Assembly (NCBI RefSeq): GCF_009914755.1
Contig: NC_060926.1
Reading direction: 5' to 3' (one strand)
Source: the human T2T-CHM13v2.0 reference genome, Homo sapiens
Length of the DNA: 64,000 nucleotides
Below are positions 1-37,299 of this stretch, in pieces; the first letter of the stretch is position 1, and each line of letters starts with the position of its first letter. The position numbers and the translations under genes are program-made. The notes below the pieces were generated by a model. The model searched no databases. It worked only from the letters and a program-made list of their open reading frames with translations, and had not been told where the DNA came from.

Positions 1-499
1 TCACCTAAGCCAGAAATGGGGAAGGGTTACCTCCTCCGAGAACAGCAATGCTGAGCAGCCCTGGTGGGCCCTCTTCTCCTGACATGATCTCTGCCTCACA
101 GCAACTTCTACTTTTGGCTCTAACTCTGCCCTTCTGGACTCACACAGAGAAAGTCTGCTCCCTCTTCTACATAACCACCCTTAAAGTATCTGAAAACAGC
201 CATGTCTGGCTTTAGTATTCTGTTTTTCTCTCTAAGAGGGTTACAAGAGGTGAATAAATCAAGGCACCTGGGGAGATAGGGAAAGACTGAAGGGGTGGGA
301 TGGAGCCATTTTGCTTTGTGTCATCCCAAGCGCTCCAACTAGTTGGCCCTTTCCCCTCCCAAATCCACCTAGATCAAAGTGACCTTGTAACCATACTTTG
401 CAAACATGACTGAAAAATTCCAGAACCTCACTGGGCCCCTATCTCTGATAACCATCCTGACCCAGCCAACCCCTCCCCTTTGTCCCCCCTGACTCATAC

Positions 500-3487
<2,988 letters not shown>

Positions 3488-4018
3488 TGCTCTGCGGAGG
3501 AGGCAGGTGGGTCACAGCTGCCGCGTCTGAACGGAGGCCGCCAGGAGAATTTGCTTCCCTAGGCTCCGCCTCCCGACGCGTCAGCGGCTGTGCGGCCGGC
3601 CGCAAAGCGCCAGCACTGTCGTAAATACTACCCACGACCGGCGGCGCCGGATTCCTTGCTTGGCGGCAGGGGGCGGAACAAGGAGCCTTGGAGCGGGGCA
3701 AAGGTACCCCTTAGTGCCGTTGATCTCCAGGGGCATTGTTAGACTCGCCTGTTATGCCTTCCGAGGGGGCCTCTGCTTTTTAAACACTGAAAAGAGTCTG
3801 AGTTCCCCAACTTCCTTGGGTCCTCCCCGACCCCATTAGTCCTCTCCGTCCCTGCGTCCCTGCGGTGCTCTCTGGTGTGAGGGATCGGGCGCAAAGGGCA
3901 AACTTTTTGTCAGAGTGACGCCGAGTTGAGGACGCGCCTGGAAATGTTGCCTGGGTTTTGAGCCATTGCACGACCCCTTCACTTTCTTTTCCAGGACCTG
4001 CAAAGAACCGAGGTTTCA

Positions 4019-4753
<735 letters not shown>

Positions 4754-4838
4754 TCAGAGGTGAGTCTGGAGCAGAATTAAATACCTAAATCTCTCCACTG
4801 GGATTAGCCAGCAGGAAAAGAAGAAGGCATCCCAGAGA

Positions 4839-9249
<4,411 letters not shown>

Positions 9250-9355
9250 TCCTAAAGGAAAAGAATGGCAGAGGTAGACATATAAAAGGGACTATTGGTA
9301 CCAGATGGATTTCTAGCAGGAGGAATCACCAGGCAAACTGTGTTCCTGCTATTGA

Positions 9356-10019
<664 letters not shown>

Positions 10020-10143
10020 TTTTTTTTTTTTTTTTTTTTTGAGACAGGTTCTCACTCTGTCACCCAGGCTGAGTGGCATGATCACAGCTCACTGCAGCCT
10101 TGACATCCTGGGTTCAAGCGATCTCCTCGCCTCAGCCTCCTGA

Positions 10144-10458
<315 letters not shown>

Positions 10459-10866
10459 TGAACAAGTTACAGAGAGGGGGAAATGACTCAATTGTAGCCT
10501 CTGTCTTCTAGGAGTTAAATGGTAAGGAAACATGATAATAATAAAATAATTTAGAAATAATAGGATAGTAATAACAGTAATAGAATGTAGAAAGTCATAA
10601 ATACTATTAAATGAGTGCAATGGAAGCATTGAGGAAGAAATGAATTACACTAGAGAAATCAGGAAAGCTTTTTTTGAGACAGGGTCTCCCGGTCTCACTT
10701 GGGCTTTGAAGGATGAGTGCAGTTTTAAAAGGAGAGAGGGAAATCACGTTCTTTTCAAACTTTTTTTTAATTTAAAAAATATTTTGGCCAGACCCGGTGG
10801 CTCACACCTGTAATCCCAGCAGTTCAGGAGGCCAAGGCAGGTGGATCATCTGAGGTCAGGAGTTCA

Positions 10867-11121
<255 letters not shown>

Positions 11122-11224
11122 TCACGCCTGCAATCTCAGCACTTTGGGAGGTTGAGGCTGGCAGATCATGAGGTCAAGAGATTGAGACCATCCTGGCCAA
11201 CATAATGAAACCCAGTCTCTACTA

Positions 11225-11470
<246 letters not shown>

Positions 11471-11896
11471 TCAAGGCATCCTCCTGCCTTGGCCTCCCAA
11501 AGTGATGTGATTACAGGCATTAGCCGCCTTGCCCAGCTGGAGATCAAAAGTTCTTAATAGTCTTGGGTGAACAAGAGTATTCTGTATAGGAAACATACAG
11601 CTAATAGCTGGGCGCAGTGGCTCACGCCTGTAATCCCAGCATTTAGGGAGGCCGAGGTGGGTGGATCACGAGGTCAGGAGTTTAAGACCAGCCTGGCCAA
11701 GATGGTGAAACCCCGTCTCTACCAAAAATACAAAAATCAGCCAGGCGTGGTGGCGGGCGCCTGTAATCCCAGCTACTTGGGAGGCTGAGGTAGAGAATTG
11801 CTTGAACCTGGGAGGTGGAGGTTGCAGGGAGCCGAGATTGTGCCACTGCACTCCAGCCTGGGCAACAGAGTGAGACTCCGTCTCAAAAAACAAAAC

Positions 11897-11929
<33 letters not shown>

Positions 11930-12129
11930 TACAGCTAATAAATGAGCTTGCTAACTCAGTATCTCCAGGTTTTCCTTTCAGGACCAATATACAAAGATTT
12001 GTGATATTTAGCATTCATTTATCCATAAAATAGGTCAAACTTTAGGAAAGAAATTTCTCTATAAATCTTTTCCAACAAAAATCATCTTTCTCTGTACTGT
12101 GGAGAAAGCAGCTTTCTTTCAGACTTCTC

Positions 12130-13100
12130 AGTTCAATATCTGAAACCTTTAGTGAGTTGCCTACATGTCTAGGACATATGTCATATACTACAAAGGGTAC
12201 CAAAGTGAGGACTCAGTCCCTGCCTGCCTTTATAGGACTTAAGAGTGTTGGAGGGGTCAAATATGTATGACAAAGTATGTGAAAGATTCTTTAAAAGAAA
12301 TAAAATGTGATGGAGATCAGAACAGGAACAAGTTAGCTTCAGTGGGGAAATCTCTAAAGCTTCATGGAGGCTATGTCTTAAATGTGAATAGAATTGTCAT
12401 AAGCAGTGATGAGTGAAGGCCTTAGGGAAAGATATAGAAGGTGGATGGTGTACGACGTTTGAGAAAGGACATGTAATTTGGTTGACTGGAGGGCTGGGAG
12501 GTGAATCTAATGGGAGAGAAGTTCAGAAAAGCAGGTTGAGAACAGTCTTGGAATGCCATGCTAAGAAGTTTGGGCTTTATCCTGGAGGCAGGGTGGAGCA
12601 TACAATATGTGTTTCTGGAAGATAGCAATCAACCACAGAGGGGTAGATGGGAAAAGAAAGGTGAATTTAGAGGGGATTGGAATTGTCCAGGGAAGAGATC
12701 GTGCTGCTGGCATTAACCAGGAGGCAGGAGCTGGTGGACCAAGGAGGTGGTGGATATGAGAGGCACGACCAAGAATGAACCAATTGCCTGATTTTTGTGC
12801 CCTTGTAAAAAATTTTTTTAAAAAAGTATGAACTAAGGCTTGGTGACGACCTTGCATGTGAAGGATGCTTTGTGGTTCCTAGCTTGAGAAGCGGGTAGAA
12901 TGGGAGTCCCACCCAGGAGGAGGAACATGGAGAAAAGATAAAGGGTTTGGTTTGGGTGTTGGAGGTGTCTGTGAACTGTCCAGGGCATTGGAGAGGCAGC
13001 ATTGGTAGTTGAGGGAGAGGCCCGGGCTGGAGATAATAAATTTGGGGATTTTTCATAAATGGCTATTGAAGCCGTAGAGGCACTGCACTTCCCTATAGGG
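12130..13100. mobile_element. Degenerate L2-like LINE fragment
   Basis: Purine-rich degenerate sequence with L2-like phrases (GAATGCCATGCTAAGAAGTTTGGGCTTTATCCTGGAGG; GGAGGTGTCTGTG). Confidence 0.5.
12559..12783 (+). repeat. Local direct duplication, copy 1 (paralogous to 14811-15059)
   Basis: Shares long identical blocks with 14811-15059, e.g. GGGCTTTATCCTGGAGGCAGGGTGGAGCATA, GGAAGATAGCAATCA, TTTAGAGGGGATTGGAATTGT. Confidence 0.9.
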
Positions 13101-13104
13101 AGAC

Positions 13105-13319
13105 CAGGGTTTTCTCAGCCTCAAAACAATTGCCATTTTGGTCCAGATTCTTTCTTGTGAGAGGGTGTCCTTTGCATTGTAGGATATTTTAGCAACATCC
13201 TTGGCCTCAACCCACCAGATACTAGTAGCACCCCTACCCCCAGCTATAACAACCAAAAATGTCTCCAGACATTGTGAAAAGACCCCTGAAAGGTAAAATA
13301 ACCCCTCTGAGAAACACTG
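13105..13319 (-). mobile_element. MER20 DNA transposon (second copy)
   Basis: CAGGGTTTTCTCAGCC...AACAACCAAAAATGTCTCCAGACATTG...GAGAAACACTG. Confidence 0.8.
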
Positions 13320-13939
13320 CTCTAAAACAGAGTGGTTCTCTTCAGAAGTCGGAAGAAAGATTGCCAACGGGCCGGGCATGGTGGCTCATGCCTGTAATCA
13401 CAGCACTTTGGGAGGCCGAGGCGGGCGAATTGCAAGGTCAGGAGATCAAGACCATCCTGGCTAACACGGTGAAACCCTGTCTCTACTAAAAATACAAAAA
13501 ATTAGTTGGGCGTGGTGGCACATGCCTGTAGTCCCAGCTGTTCAGGAGGCTGAGGCAGGAGAATCGCTTGAATTCGGGAGGTGGAGGTGGCAGTGAGCCG
13601 AGATAGTGCCACTGCCCTCCAGCCTGGGTGACAGAGCAAGACTCCATCTCAAAAAAAAAAAAAAAAAGAAGAAAAGAAAAAGATGGCCAAGGGCAGAATC
13701 TCTGTGTTCTAGGGGCACATTCAGAGAGGAAGAGGGCACATTAGGAGACAGGTGGGATGGCCAGCAGCATAACAGGCTACAGAGAGAAGGTTTGGAGACA
13801 GAAATGAACCTTGGCAGTGGTGAGAACTTCATGATCCTTCAGGAATCAGGTTCAGTTGAGCCTCCTGAATGTACCTTTTCCTTGTTCTCCAGCTTTTTTC
13901 CTCTGAGATATAGGAGTAAACTGCCCACCTGGGGCATAA

Positions 13940-14260
<321 letters not shown>

Positions 14261-14810
14261 TAGTAGAGACAAGGTTTCACCATGTTGGCTAGGCTGGTCT
14301 TAAACTCCTGACCTCAGGTGATCCACTTGCCTTGGCCTCCCAAAGTGCTGGGATTACAGGTGTGAGCCCCTGTGCCCCGCCTTTTTTTTTTTTTTTTTTT
14401 TTTGAGATGGGGTCTGGCTCTGGCTCTGTGAACCAGGTTGGAGTGCAGTAGGGCACGATCTCAGCTCACTGCAGCCTCCGCCTCCAAGCCTCAAGCAATC
14501 CTCCCACCTCAGCCTCCCGAAGTAGCTGGGACTACAGGTGTGGTCACCATGCCTAGTTAATCTTTACATTTTCAGTAGAGACGGGGTTATGCGGTATTGG
14601 CCAGGCTGGTCTCTAACTCTTGGTCTCAAGTGATCCGCCCGCTGCAGCCTCCCAAAGTACTGGGATTACAGGCATGAACCACTGCACCCAGCCTATTCTT
14701 AATCCTATTTTGCAAATGAAGTGACTTGCCCAAAACTGCACAGCCAGGGGTAGTAGTGTAGAAGAGCAGGAGGTCAGATGTCACCCTAGTCTTTTTATCA
14801 CACAGGGAAT

Positions 14811-15059
14811 TGCTAGGAAGCTGGGGCTTTATCCTGGAGGCAGGGTGGAGCATATTTAAATATCTGTTTTGGGAAGATAGCAATCAGCCACAGAGGAGTA
14901 GATGAGAAAAGAAAGGTGAGTTTAGAGGGGATTGGAATTGTTCAGGGAAGAGATCATGCTGGCATTAACTAGGAGGAAGGGGCTGGCATTAACTAGGAGG
15001 AAGGGGCTGGCATGGAAAGGAGGAGGTGTATATGAGAGGCACAACCAAGAATAAACCAA
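14811..15059 (+). repeat. Local direct duplication, copy 2, with internal 24-bp tandem repeat
   Basis: Aligns with 12559-12783. GCTGGCATTAACTAGGAGGAAGGG occurs about 2.3 times at 14958-15013. Confidence 0.9.
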
Positions 15060-15300
15060 GATTTGGCCCATTGCTTCTTGGGCTACAACTCCTATAACCA
15101 AGCAGTTCAGCAGTTTTTCCTTACAAAGTCACTTCACTGAATATATATATATATATTATGTTTGAGGCTGGGGCGGTGGCTTACACCTGTAATCCCAGTG
15201 ATTTGGGAGGCCGAGGTGGGCAGATCACTTGAGGTCAGGAGTTCGAGACCAGCCTGCCCAACATAGTGAAACCTCGTCTCTACTAAAAATACAAAAATTA

Positions 15301-15447
<147 letters not shown>

Positions 15448-15982
15448 TCAAAAAACAGAAAAAGAAAAAAGAAAAAGACAGGGTCTCACTATGTTGCTCA
15501 GGCTAGTCTCGAAATCCCAGGCTCAAGCAATCCTCTCACCTCAGCCTCCCAAAGTGCTGGGATTACAGGTGTGAGCCACTGCACCTGGTCTACTGAATTT
15601 TTTGAGTGCTAAGCACAGATGATGAGGTAACTGAGGCTTAGAGTTGTTATGCAAGTTTGTCCCAGGTCATGTAAATATTAAGGTATGGATCAGCCACCAT
15701 GCCCAGTGATAAGCCACATTACAATATGTATTTTAACATTTTTCACTAATCACATAATTTACATTTTTCTACTGGCCAAATTTTAAAAGTAAGAGAAACA
15801 GGGCTGGATGCAGTAGCTCATGCCTGTAATGCTAACACTTTAGGAGGCTGAGGCAGGAGGATCACTTGAAACCAGGAATTTGAGGTTACAATGAACTATG
15901 ATTGTGACACTGTACTCCAGCCTGGGTGACAGTGAGACCCTGTCTCAAAAAAAATAAATAAATAAATAAAAATGAATTTTAA

Positions 15983-16246
<264 letters not shown>

Positions 16247-16605
16247 TGATCGGCCTGCCTCAGCCTCTCAAAGTGCTGGGATTATAGGTGTGAGCCACCA
16301 TCCCCGGCTGAAATTAATTTTATTTATTTTATTAATCTTTTATTTAACTCAATATATCCAAACATTATTTCGCCACATAATCAATATATAAAATTATTAT
16401 TATTATCATTATTAGTGACAGGGTCTATCTCTGTCTCCCAGGCTGGAGTGCAGTGGCACTATCATAGCTCACTGATGTCTCACACCCCTGGGCTCAAGTG
16501 ATCCTTCTGTGCTAGCTCTCCAAGCAGCTAGGACTATGGACATGCACCACTATGCCTGGCTAATTTTATTTTATTATTTATTTATTATTGGTTTTTTTTT
16601 TTTGA

Positions 16606-16764
<159 letters not shown>

Positions 16765-16871
16765 TAGTAAAGATGGGTTTTCTCCATGTTGGTCAAGAGC
16801 TGGTCTCGAACTCCCGACCTCAGGTGATCTGCCCATCTCGGCCTCTCAAAGTGCTGGGATTACAGGCGTGA

Positions 16872-17213
<342 letters not shown>

Positions 17214-17765
17214 TGAGCCACTGTGTCCAACAGTTTTATTTTTTTATAGAGACAGTGTCTTGATATGTTGTTGCCCAGGCTTATATATAATATTTGCTGA
17301 GCATGGTGGGTTATGCCTATAATCCCAGCACTTTGGGAGGCTGAGGTGGGAGAATCACTTGAGGTTTGGAGTTTGAGACCAGTTTGGACAACACAGCAAG
17401 ACACTGTCTCCAAAAAAAAAAAAAAATTAACTGGACATGGTGGCCCTTGCCTGTAGTCCCAGCTAACTGGGGAGGATGAGGTGAGAAGATTGCTTGAGCC
17501 CAGGAGTTCAAGGCTGCAGTGAGCTTGAACACACTGCACTGTACTCTAGCCTGGATGACAGAGTGGGACCCTGCCTCTAAAAAAAAAAAAAAAAAGCTAC
17601 AGGGGTCCGAAGTTTGTTTAAAGCTTTTAAAAAGGCATTTGTGGCCGGGCGCGGTGGCTCACGCCTGTAATCCCAGCACTTTGGGAGGCCAAGGCGGGCG
17701 GATCACCTGAGAGGTCAGGAGTTCGAGACCACCCTGACTAACATGGTAAGACCCTGTCTCTACTA

Positions 17766-17924
<159 letters not shown>

Positions 17925-18595
17925 TCAAAAAAAAAAAAAATTATTTGTGTCTGGATGTGGTGGCTCACACCTATGATCCCAACACTTTGGGAAGCTGAGG
18001 AGGGAGGATTACTTGAGAACAGGAGTTTGAGACCAGCCTGGGCAACATGGTAAGACCCCCATCTCTACAAAAAGTTTTAAAATAAATTAGCCAGACATGG
18101 CGGTTCGCACCTGTAGTTTCAGTTACTGGGGAGGCTGAGGCAGGACGATCGCTGTAGCCCAGGAGTTCAAGGCTGCAGGGTGCTACGATCATGCCACTGG
18201 ACTCTAGCCTGGGTGACAGAGGGAGACTATCTCAAGAAAACAAAACAAAATAAACAAACAAAAAAAGTGTTTGTTGGAGAAGCTGACATTTCCTCCTTGG
18301 AACTGATTTCTTCTGGAATGGGTCAAGAATGTTCGTTCCCTTCTGAATGTCCCTGTTATTGTTCTTCTGTCTTGATAAACACTGTCAAGGAAGATCAGAT
18401 TTTCTCTGGCCTGGAGCCAGGTTAGTGGAAAAATCCTTTGCCTTGGGCCCCCTGCTCTGGTTCACTGGGGCAGTCCTCTGATCACTGACTGGGATCAATT
18501 ACCTCTGCGGTAGCCCCTAAAGGGAAATGCAGAATTGCTGAACTCTGGAAGGGAAGGAGAGGTTTGGTGAGCCATCATTATAGACACTGTGCTAG

Positions 18596-18811
<216 letters not shown>

Positions 18812-19340
18812 TAGTAGAGACAGGGTTTCGCCATGTTGGCCAGGCTGGTCTTTAACTCCTGACCTTGTGATCTGCCCGCCTCGGCCTCCCAAAGTGCTGG
18901 GATTACAGGCGTGAGCCACCACGCCCGGCCTCTTTTTGCTTCTTACCAGCACCATCTGAGCTAAGCATCAGCACCTGCAAACTCCACAGAGGTGAAAAGT
19001 TTCCCTGAGGGGCCTGTAACTAGTAACCCAGAACTTTCTGAATCAGAGCCCAGGATCACAGTATTCCAGACTTCAGGGATTTTAGTGCTTTCTGCCACCC
19101 AGGGACCTGGGAACAAGTGTTATCCAGCAATACATTTTCATAACTGCATTTTGTTTCCCTGTGAGCTAGGCCTGGCATGGTTGATCTCAGTCTCTAGAAA
19201 CTGGAGTCAGATATTCAAGACATTACAAGGAGATGGCTGGTGGGGCATCATGGCTCCTAGGACTTTGGGAGGTTGAGGTGGGAGGATCGCCTGAGCCCAG
19301 GAGTTTGAGACCAGCCTGGGCAACATGGTGAGAACTCGTC

Positions 19341-19371
<31 letters not shown>

Positions 19372-19559
19372 GCTGCCCTTTCTAGATCAGGAGGTCCAGC
19401 CTCTGGAAACCTCGGAGGGCTGCTTGATCTTTCTTTTCTAATTCCTGACAAGTTAGAAGACCTTTGGCTTCTGAGAGCCCTATTACTTTAAGTTTAAGCT
19501 CTTGTTTGGGAAGCCACTGGGAGGACAGTGAAGAATGCCCGCCTACCTGGGGAAACCTG

Positions 19560-19706
19560 AGTTAGGTGTGGCTGGAGCGACTCGAGATGCGAGGTGGGCG
19601 GGGGCAGGCTGAAAGTTGGAGCAAGCAGGAAGTGAACTGAGGGCCACCCTGGGAGGAAGCCGACTAGGCGAATTCACTTACTGACCGGCCTGGGCTGCTC
19701 TGAGAC
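19560..19706 (+). promoter_or_regulatory. VAMP8: VAMP8 promoter / 5' UTR with GC box and ETS(-IRF) motif
   Basis: GGGCGGGGG at 19596-19604 and CAGGAAGTGAAC at 19626-19637, upstream of the ATG-only coding exon. Confidence 0.6.
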
Positions 19707-23776
<4,070 letters not shown>

Positions 23777-24067
23777 GTAACAGGGAACCTCTCCCACCTG
23801 CCCTTCTCTTCAGGGACAACCCTCCATAAATGTGTGCCAAGAGGGTCTCCTTTCCTGTCTTCCTCTACAGAGAATGCTGCTCGGTCCTCCTACCCCTCTT
23901 CCCGAGGCCCTGCTGCCATGTTGTATGCCCCAGAAGGTACCTTGGTCCCCCGGAAGGAGAGAAAAAAGAGAGATGGACTGTGGCTGCATTTCTTGGGTCC
24001 TTAGAGTGGGCTGGAGAGACCTAGAGGGCCCAGCATGTGGCTGGGAAACTGTTGGTGGCCAGTGGGT

Positions 24068-24073
24068 AATAAA
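24068..24073 (+). terminator. VAMP8: VAMP8 polyadenylation signal AATAAA
   Basis: AATAAA about 290 nt after the stop, followed by GT/T-rich sequence. Confidence 0.85.
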
Positions 24074-25036
24074 GACCTTTCAGTATCCCTATATGTGTGA
24101 GGCACTTTCTCTCTTCCCATTTTGCCTTTGGCTTTTCTATTTCTTTTCTTCCTGAGGATACCTTCTGGCTAAAATTCTCTCATCTGAGGTCCAAGTTGTT
24201 GGAAGGGCAAAGAGTATATGTTTGGAGAAGAAAGTTGGAGCCCCCACCCTGTCTTTATTCCTCCCAGTTCCATTCATTGTCACAGGTCTCAAGAACAAGA
24301 ATTTTCTGGGAGTCTTGGCATATGGAAAGTTCAAAACCTTCATAGCATTTTGGGGTGGTATGCAAGATTTTTAAGTGTTCCCATTGGGTCCTGCCATGGC
24401 CCTGTAGTACTCTTCTTCTGGAATTGTTAGCTGAGGCATGAAGCTGGTTGAAATCCTCCTGCCTCTTCCACCAGAGCCATCTCTCTTCAACGACCCTGTA
24501 GTCTAGAGCCGAGGGGTGGAGGAAATGGACTGCTATTCCTTTCCTTGTGCTTCTGCATGTTTTATTTGTCTTTTCTCTGTCCTTGTCTTCTGGGACTTAG
24601 CAAGGCCTCTGGGTCTCAGTTGTCCTGAGGGGGCAAGCATCTCTCCTTGGCATCCCATGGCTGGGCACAGTCAGTCAGTCAGTGTCACAGGACAGGGCCA
24701 ATGGCTCTTCTTCCCCTCTGTGCACAATAAGCCTTTCTGTCTTCAGGCCCCCCTCCTCCCTACCAGGTTCCACCATCACTGTCACTTTTTCCAGTGCCCA
24801 GTCCGCCTTGGTTTGCAGGGAGGGTTCTTGCTATCTCTGTTCCTGTTTCCTCCACAGGCTTTCCAGAATTGGAAACAACCTGTTGTCAGGAAGAAGGGGA
24901 AGGGTTGAGAGTCAGGGTTTGGGACCAGATTGGCAAGTCAGGCTCTGGAAGAATCATGCTCTGAAATTTGGGGAGGGAGGAGGAAAGGTCAGAAAAGACC
25001 CTTGTGATATTTTTATTTTTATTTTTTCAGAGATAG

Positions 25037-25378
<342 letters not shown>

Positions 25379-26550
25379 TGAAGCTTCTGCCTTGGGACCC
25401 AGGCTGTCCAAGGTGGGGGTGAGTGTCTGTGAAACCCTCTTGGTCTGGGACTTCTGTATTCACAGAGGCTCAGCCCCAGAGAGGGAAACTTTCAATTCTG
25501 TTGGTCAAGAGAGGCCTCACTTGAGGGACCAGGCCCAGTGGCTCACACCTGTAATCCCAACACTTTGGAAACCTGAGGCAGAAGAACTGCTTGAGGCCAG
25601 GAGTTCGAGACCAGCCTGGTCAACATAGTGAGACCCTGTCTCTCTCAAAAAAAAAAAACAAACAAACAAAAAAAAAAAAACGAGGGACCTTATTTTAAGA
25701 TGTCCGAGGCAGCTTGGAGTAGTGGAGAACAGGTAGCTGGTGGTTTCTCTGTAGCAGTGAGAGGACAGGATGGGTAGATTCGGCTCAGGAAGGCTCTGAA
25801 GTGGTAGTAGATACACCAGCCTCCCCCATCCTCTGACTGAGGAGCAAGTGCATGGCGGGTGCATGACAGCACAGAGCTGCACTTGCCCTCATGGTGAGGA
25901 AAGACATACAGAAAGGCTAGAGCTAGTACTTTGCCCATGTGGGGCTGCTTTCTTTTTGAATAGAGGTGAAAGTCACACAATGTACAGTTTGTTATTTTAA
26001 AGTGTACAGATCAGTGACATGTATTCAGAATGTTGTGCAACCACCACTTGTCTTTAGTTTCAAAACTTTTTGGGTGCCTGTTTTTGGTTCTGGGTGAGAT
26101 GCACTCACCAGGGTGATAAAGACCCTGCCTGGCTTGTTCATGGCGTCTCCAGGACCTAGTATGGTACCTGACCGTGGCACTCATAGGGTGTTTGTTGAGT
26201 GAATGAATGATGCCTTTTCAGCTGAACTCGAGCTAGAAGACTCCAGGGCTCACTCCACTGTGCCCATTCCACAGATCCGGCCCCGAGGTGTGCCCGTTCA
26301 CCAGGCAGAGGTGTCATCCGAATTCAGGCTCCTGGGGCCCGGGAGGGTCCGACTCTACGGACCCAGGTCGCTGTGGCCCATCGCTTTCGATTTGACTTGG
26401 TTTCTGTCGCCACTCGCGGAAGGCGCGCCCCCCGCCCTCGCTCGGCGGCCCGCCCCGCCCCGCCCCTGCTCTTCCTCCGGGGCCGCTGGCACTGCGGCCG
26501 CTCCGCAGGCAGAGAAGCCGGGAGCGGGCGAGGCGGCGGCGGCAGCAGCG

Positions 26551-35217
<8,667 letters not shown>

Positions 35218-35446
35218 CCCAGCTGGTCCTGAAGGAGAAGCCAAATGGCTGCACTGGCCGATTCTGGTCTCCAGAGGACCTTGGTGTTTGCTCTCCCTTG
35301 ACCCACCCCAGTGAGTGCCAAAGGGCAGCCCCAACATGTGCACCCCTGCATTTCCTGTCATGCCACAGACTGGCCCTTGAGGGCAGCCTGCTGTACTGGC
35401 CATGCTGGGCCAGCCCCACCTGGAGCTCAGTAAAAACTGCTGTTTG

Positions 35447-35452
35447 ATTAAA
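35447..35452 (+). terminator. VAMP5: VAMP5 polyadenylation signal ATTAAA
   Basis: ATTAAA 230 nt after the stop, followed by TGTGTGTG. Confidence 0.7.
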
Positions 35453-35755
35453 AGCTGGTATCTGTGTGTGAAGGTCCCCAGGTTGGTTAATCCCATCTGT
35501 CTCTACCCCTAGGGCTGCTTAAAAAGCCCATCACCCAAAGGACTCCACCCCTGGGAGATGGCTCCTTCCTCTCCCTTCCCTACTTGATCCAGCCCGACAC
35601 AGACAGGGAGTGTGGATGCAAGAACACAATGGCCCCCAAAGCAGACCCTTGAACCAGTCCTCCCCATCTGAGCCTGTTTCTCTGAGAATGAAATCTATTA
35701 TTTTTCTGTCATCTTGGGGATGCTTAGAGGACCAATGAGACTGTAGATGCGATGA

Positions 35756-36128
<373 letters not shown>

Positions 36129-36964
36129 TGAACACTTCCCACTCCTCAATTTCTCTTTCCACATTCTATCTACCTCAAGCTTTACATCAGACTGCAGATG
36201 GGGGAAGTGACAGCAAGAGATGGGGACCTTAAAGCACTCCTTGGTATTCCCATCTCCCTCCCTCCCTTCCTTCCTTTTTCGACGGGGTCTCTCCTGTGTC
36301 TTCTCTCCCTCCCTCTTTCGACGGGGTCTATGTTGCCGAGGCTGGTCTCGAACTCCTGGGCTCAAGCAATTCTCTTGCCTTTAGTGCTGGGATTGCAGGC
36401 GTGAGCCACCATGTCCAGCCTGAATTCAGGCTTTTCAAAGCTACAGGGCCATATAGGCCAGGGAGGCAGTGCCTTCAGGGCCATAGCAAAGATCATTGGG
36501 CAAAGGCATGGAAGAAGGAAATAAAGCCACACCAAGACTGTGGAAACAGGGCAGCCTCTGCCTGGGCTACTTAGCTGCAGTTCAAACTCAGGTGTGAGTG
36601 GCAAGGGGAATTCAGGGTCAAGTGTGTAAAATAAGCAGTTCCTTGCTGGGTAAAGTGAGCGCTACTGACAGAAACCAGAATAAGCCTGAGTTGTGTGGAG
36701 CTTCACCCCTTACAGAGCGTGTTAGTTTTACTGAGCGCATTAGCGTCTTCCTCTCTTGGGAAAGATGGAGGAAAGCACTTGGCCCTGCAGCTGGTCTGCA
36801 ACACCACTTACAGACTGCAAATTTGGGCAAGCCACTTCTGAGGTAAAAAGGGCATAATGACGCTTAGCTCCTGGGTCTATTGAGGGGATGATCGAGCGTG
36901 TAAAACATACATCAGACTAACAGTTCTAGATGCTAAATAGTACCTATCATCCAAATCATTGAGT

Positions 36965-37135
36965 GCAGTGGTTCTTAAACCTGCTTCACCTGCATAATTT
37001 ATACAAGTGCCATTGCCCAGGCCCCACCACAGATCAGTTAAATCAGAATCTTCGAAGGTATCAGACACGGGTGTTTCTAAAGCTCCTCCGCGCCCATTCT
37101 CTCCTCTGGGAATTCATGTGTAGCCAGGAATGAAA
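36965..37135. mobile_element. MER5A-like hAT MITE
   Basis: CAGTGGTTCTTAAAC terminus; CCCAGGCCCCACC...AAATCAGAATCT motif. Confidence 0.6.
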
Positions 37136-37299
37136 AGGTCTTAGTACAAGCCAGCAGTTTTACAGAAGCTAGGGATAGCAACGGGCTGAAGGTAACAGTC
37201 CCATGAGCTGGTTGAGGCCCCAGGTTCTCCGGCAAAGAGATCTCTCTCAGTTGGGGAGGCTTGCCCCACCCTTTATTATTATGCCTAACACATAAGAAA

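Noticed and set aside
14958-15013. Direct repeats as a possible CRISPR-like array
   Set aside because: Adjacent repeats without spacers in primate DNA; a simple tandem duplication.
26532-26550. Short (GGC)n(AGC)n run before the VAMP5 ATG
   Set aside because: Too short to be a notable trinucleotide repeat.
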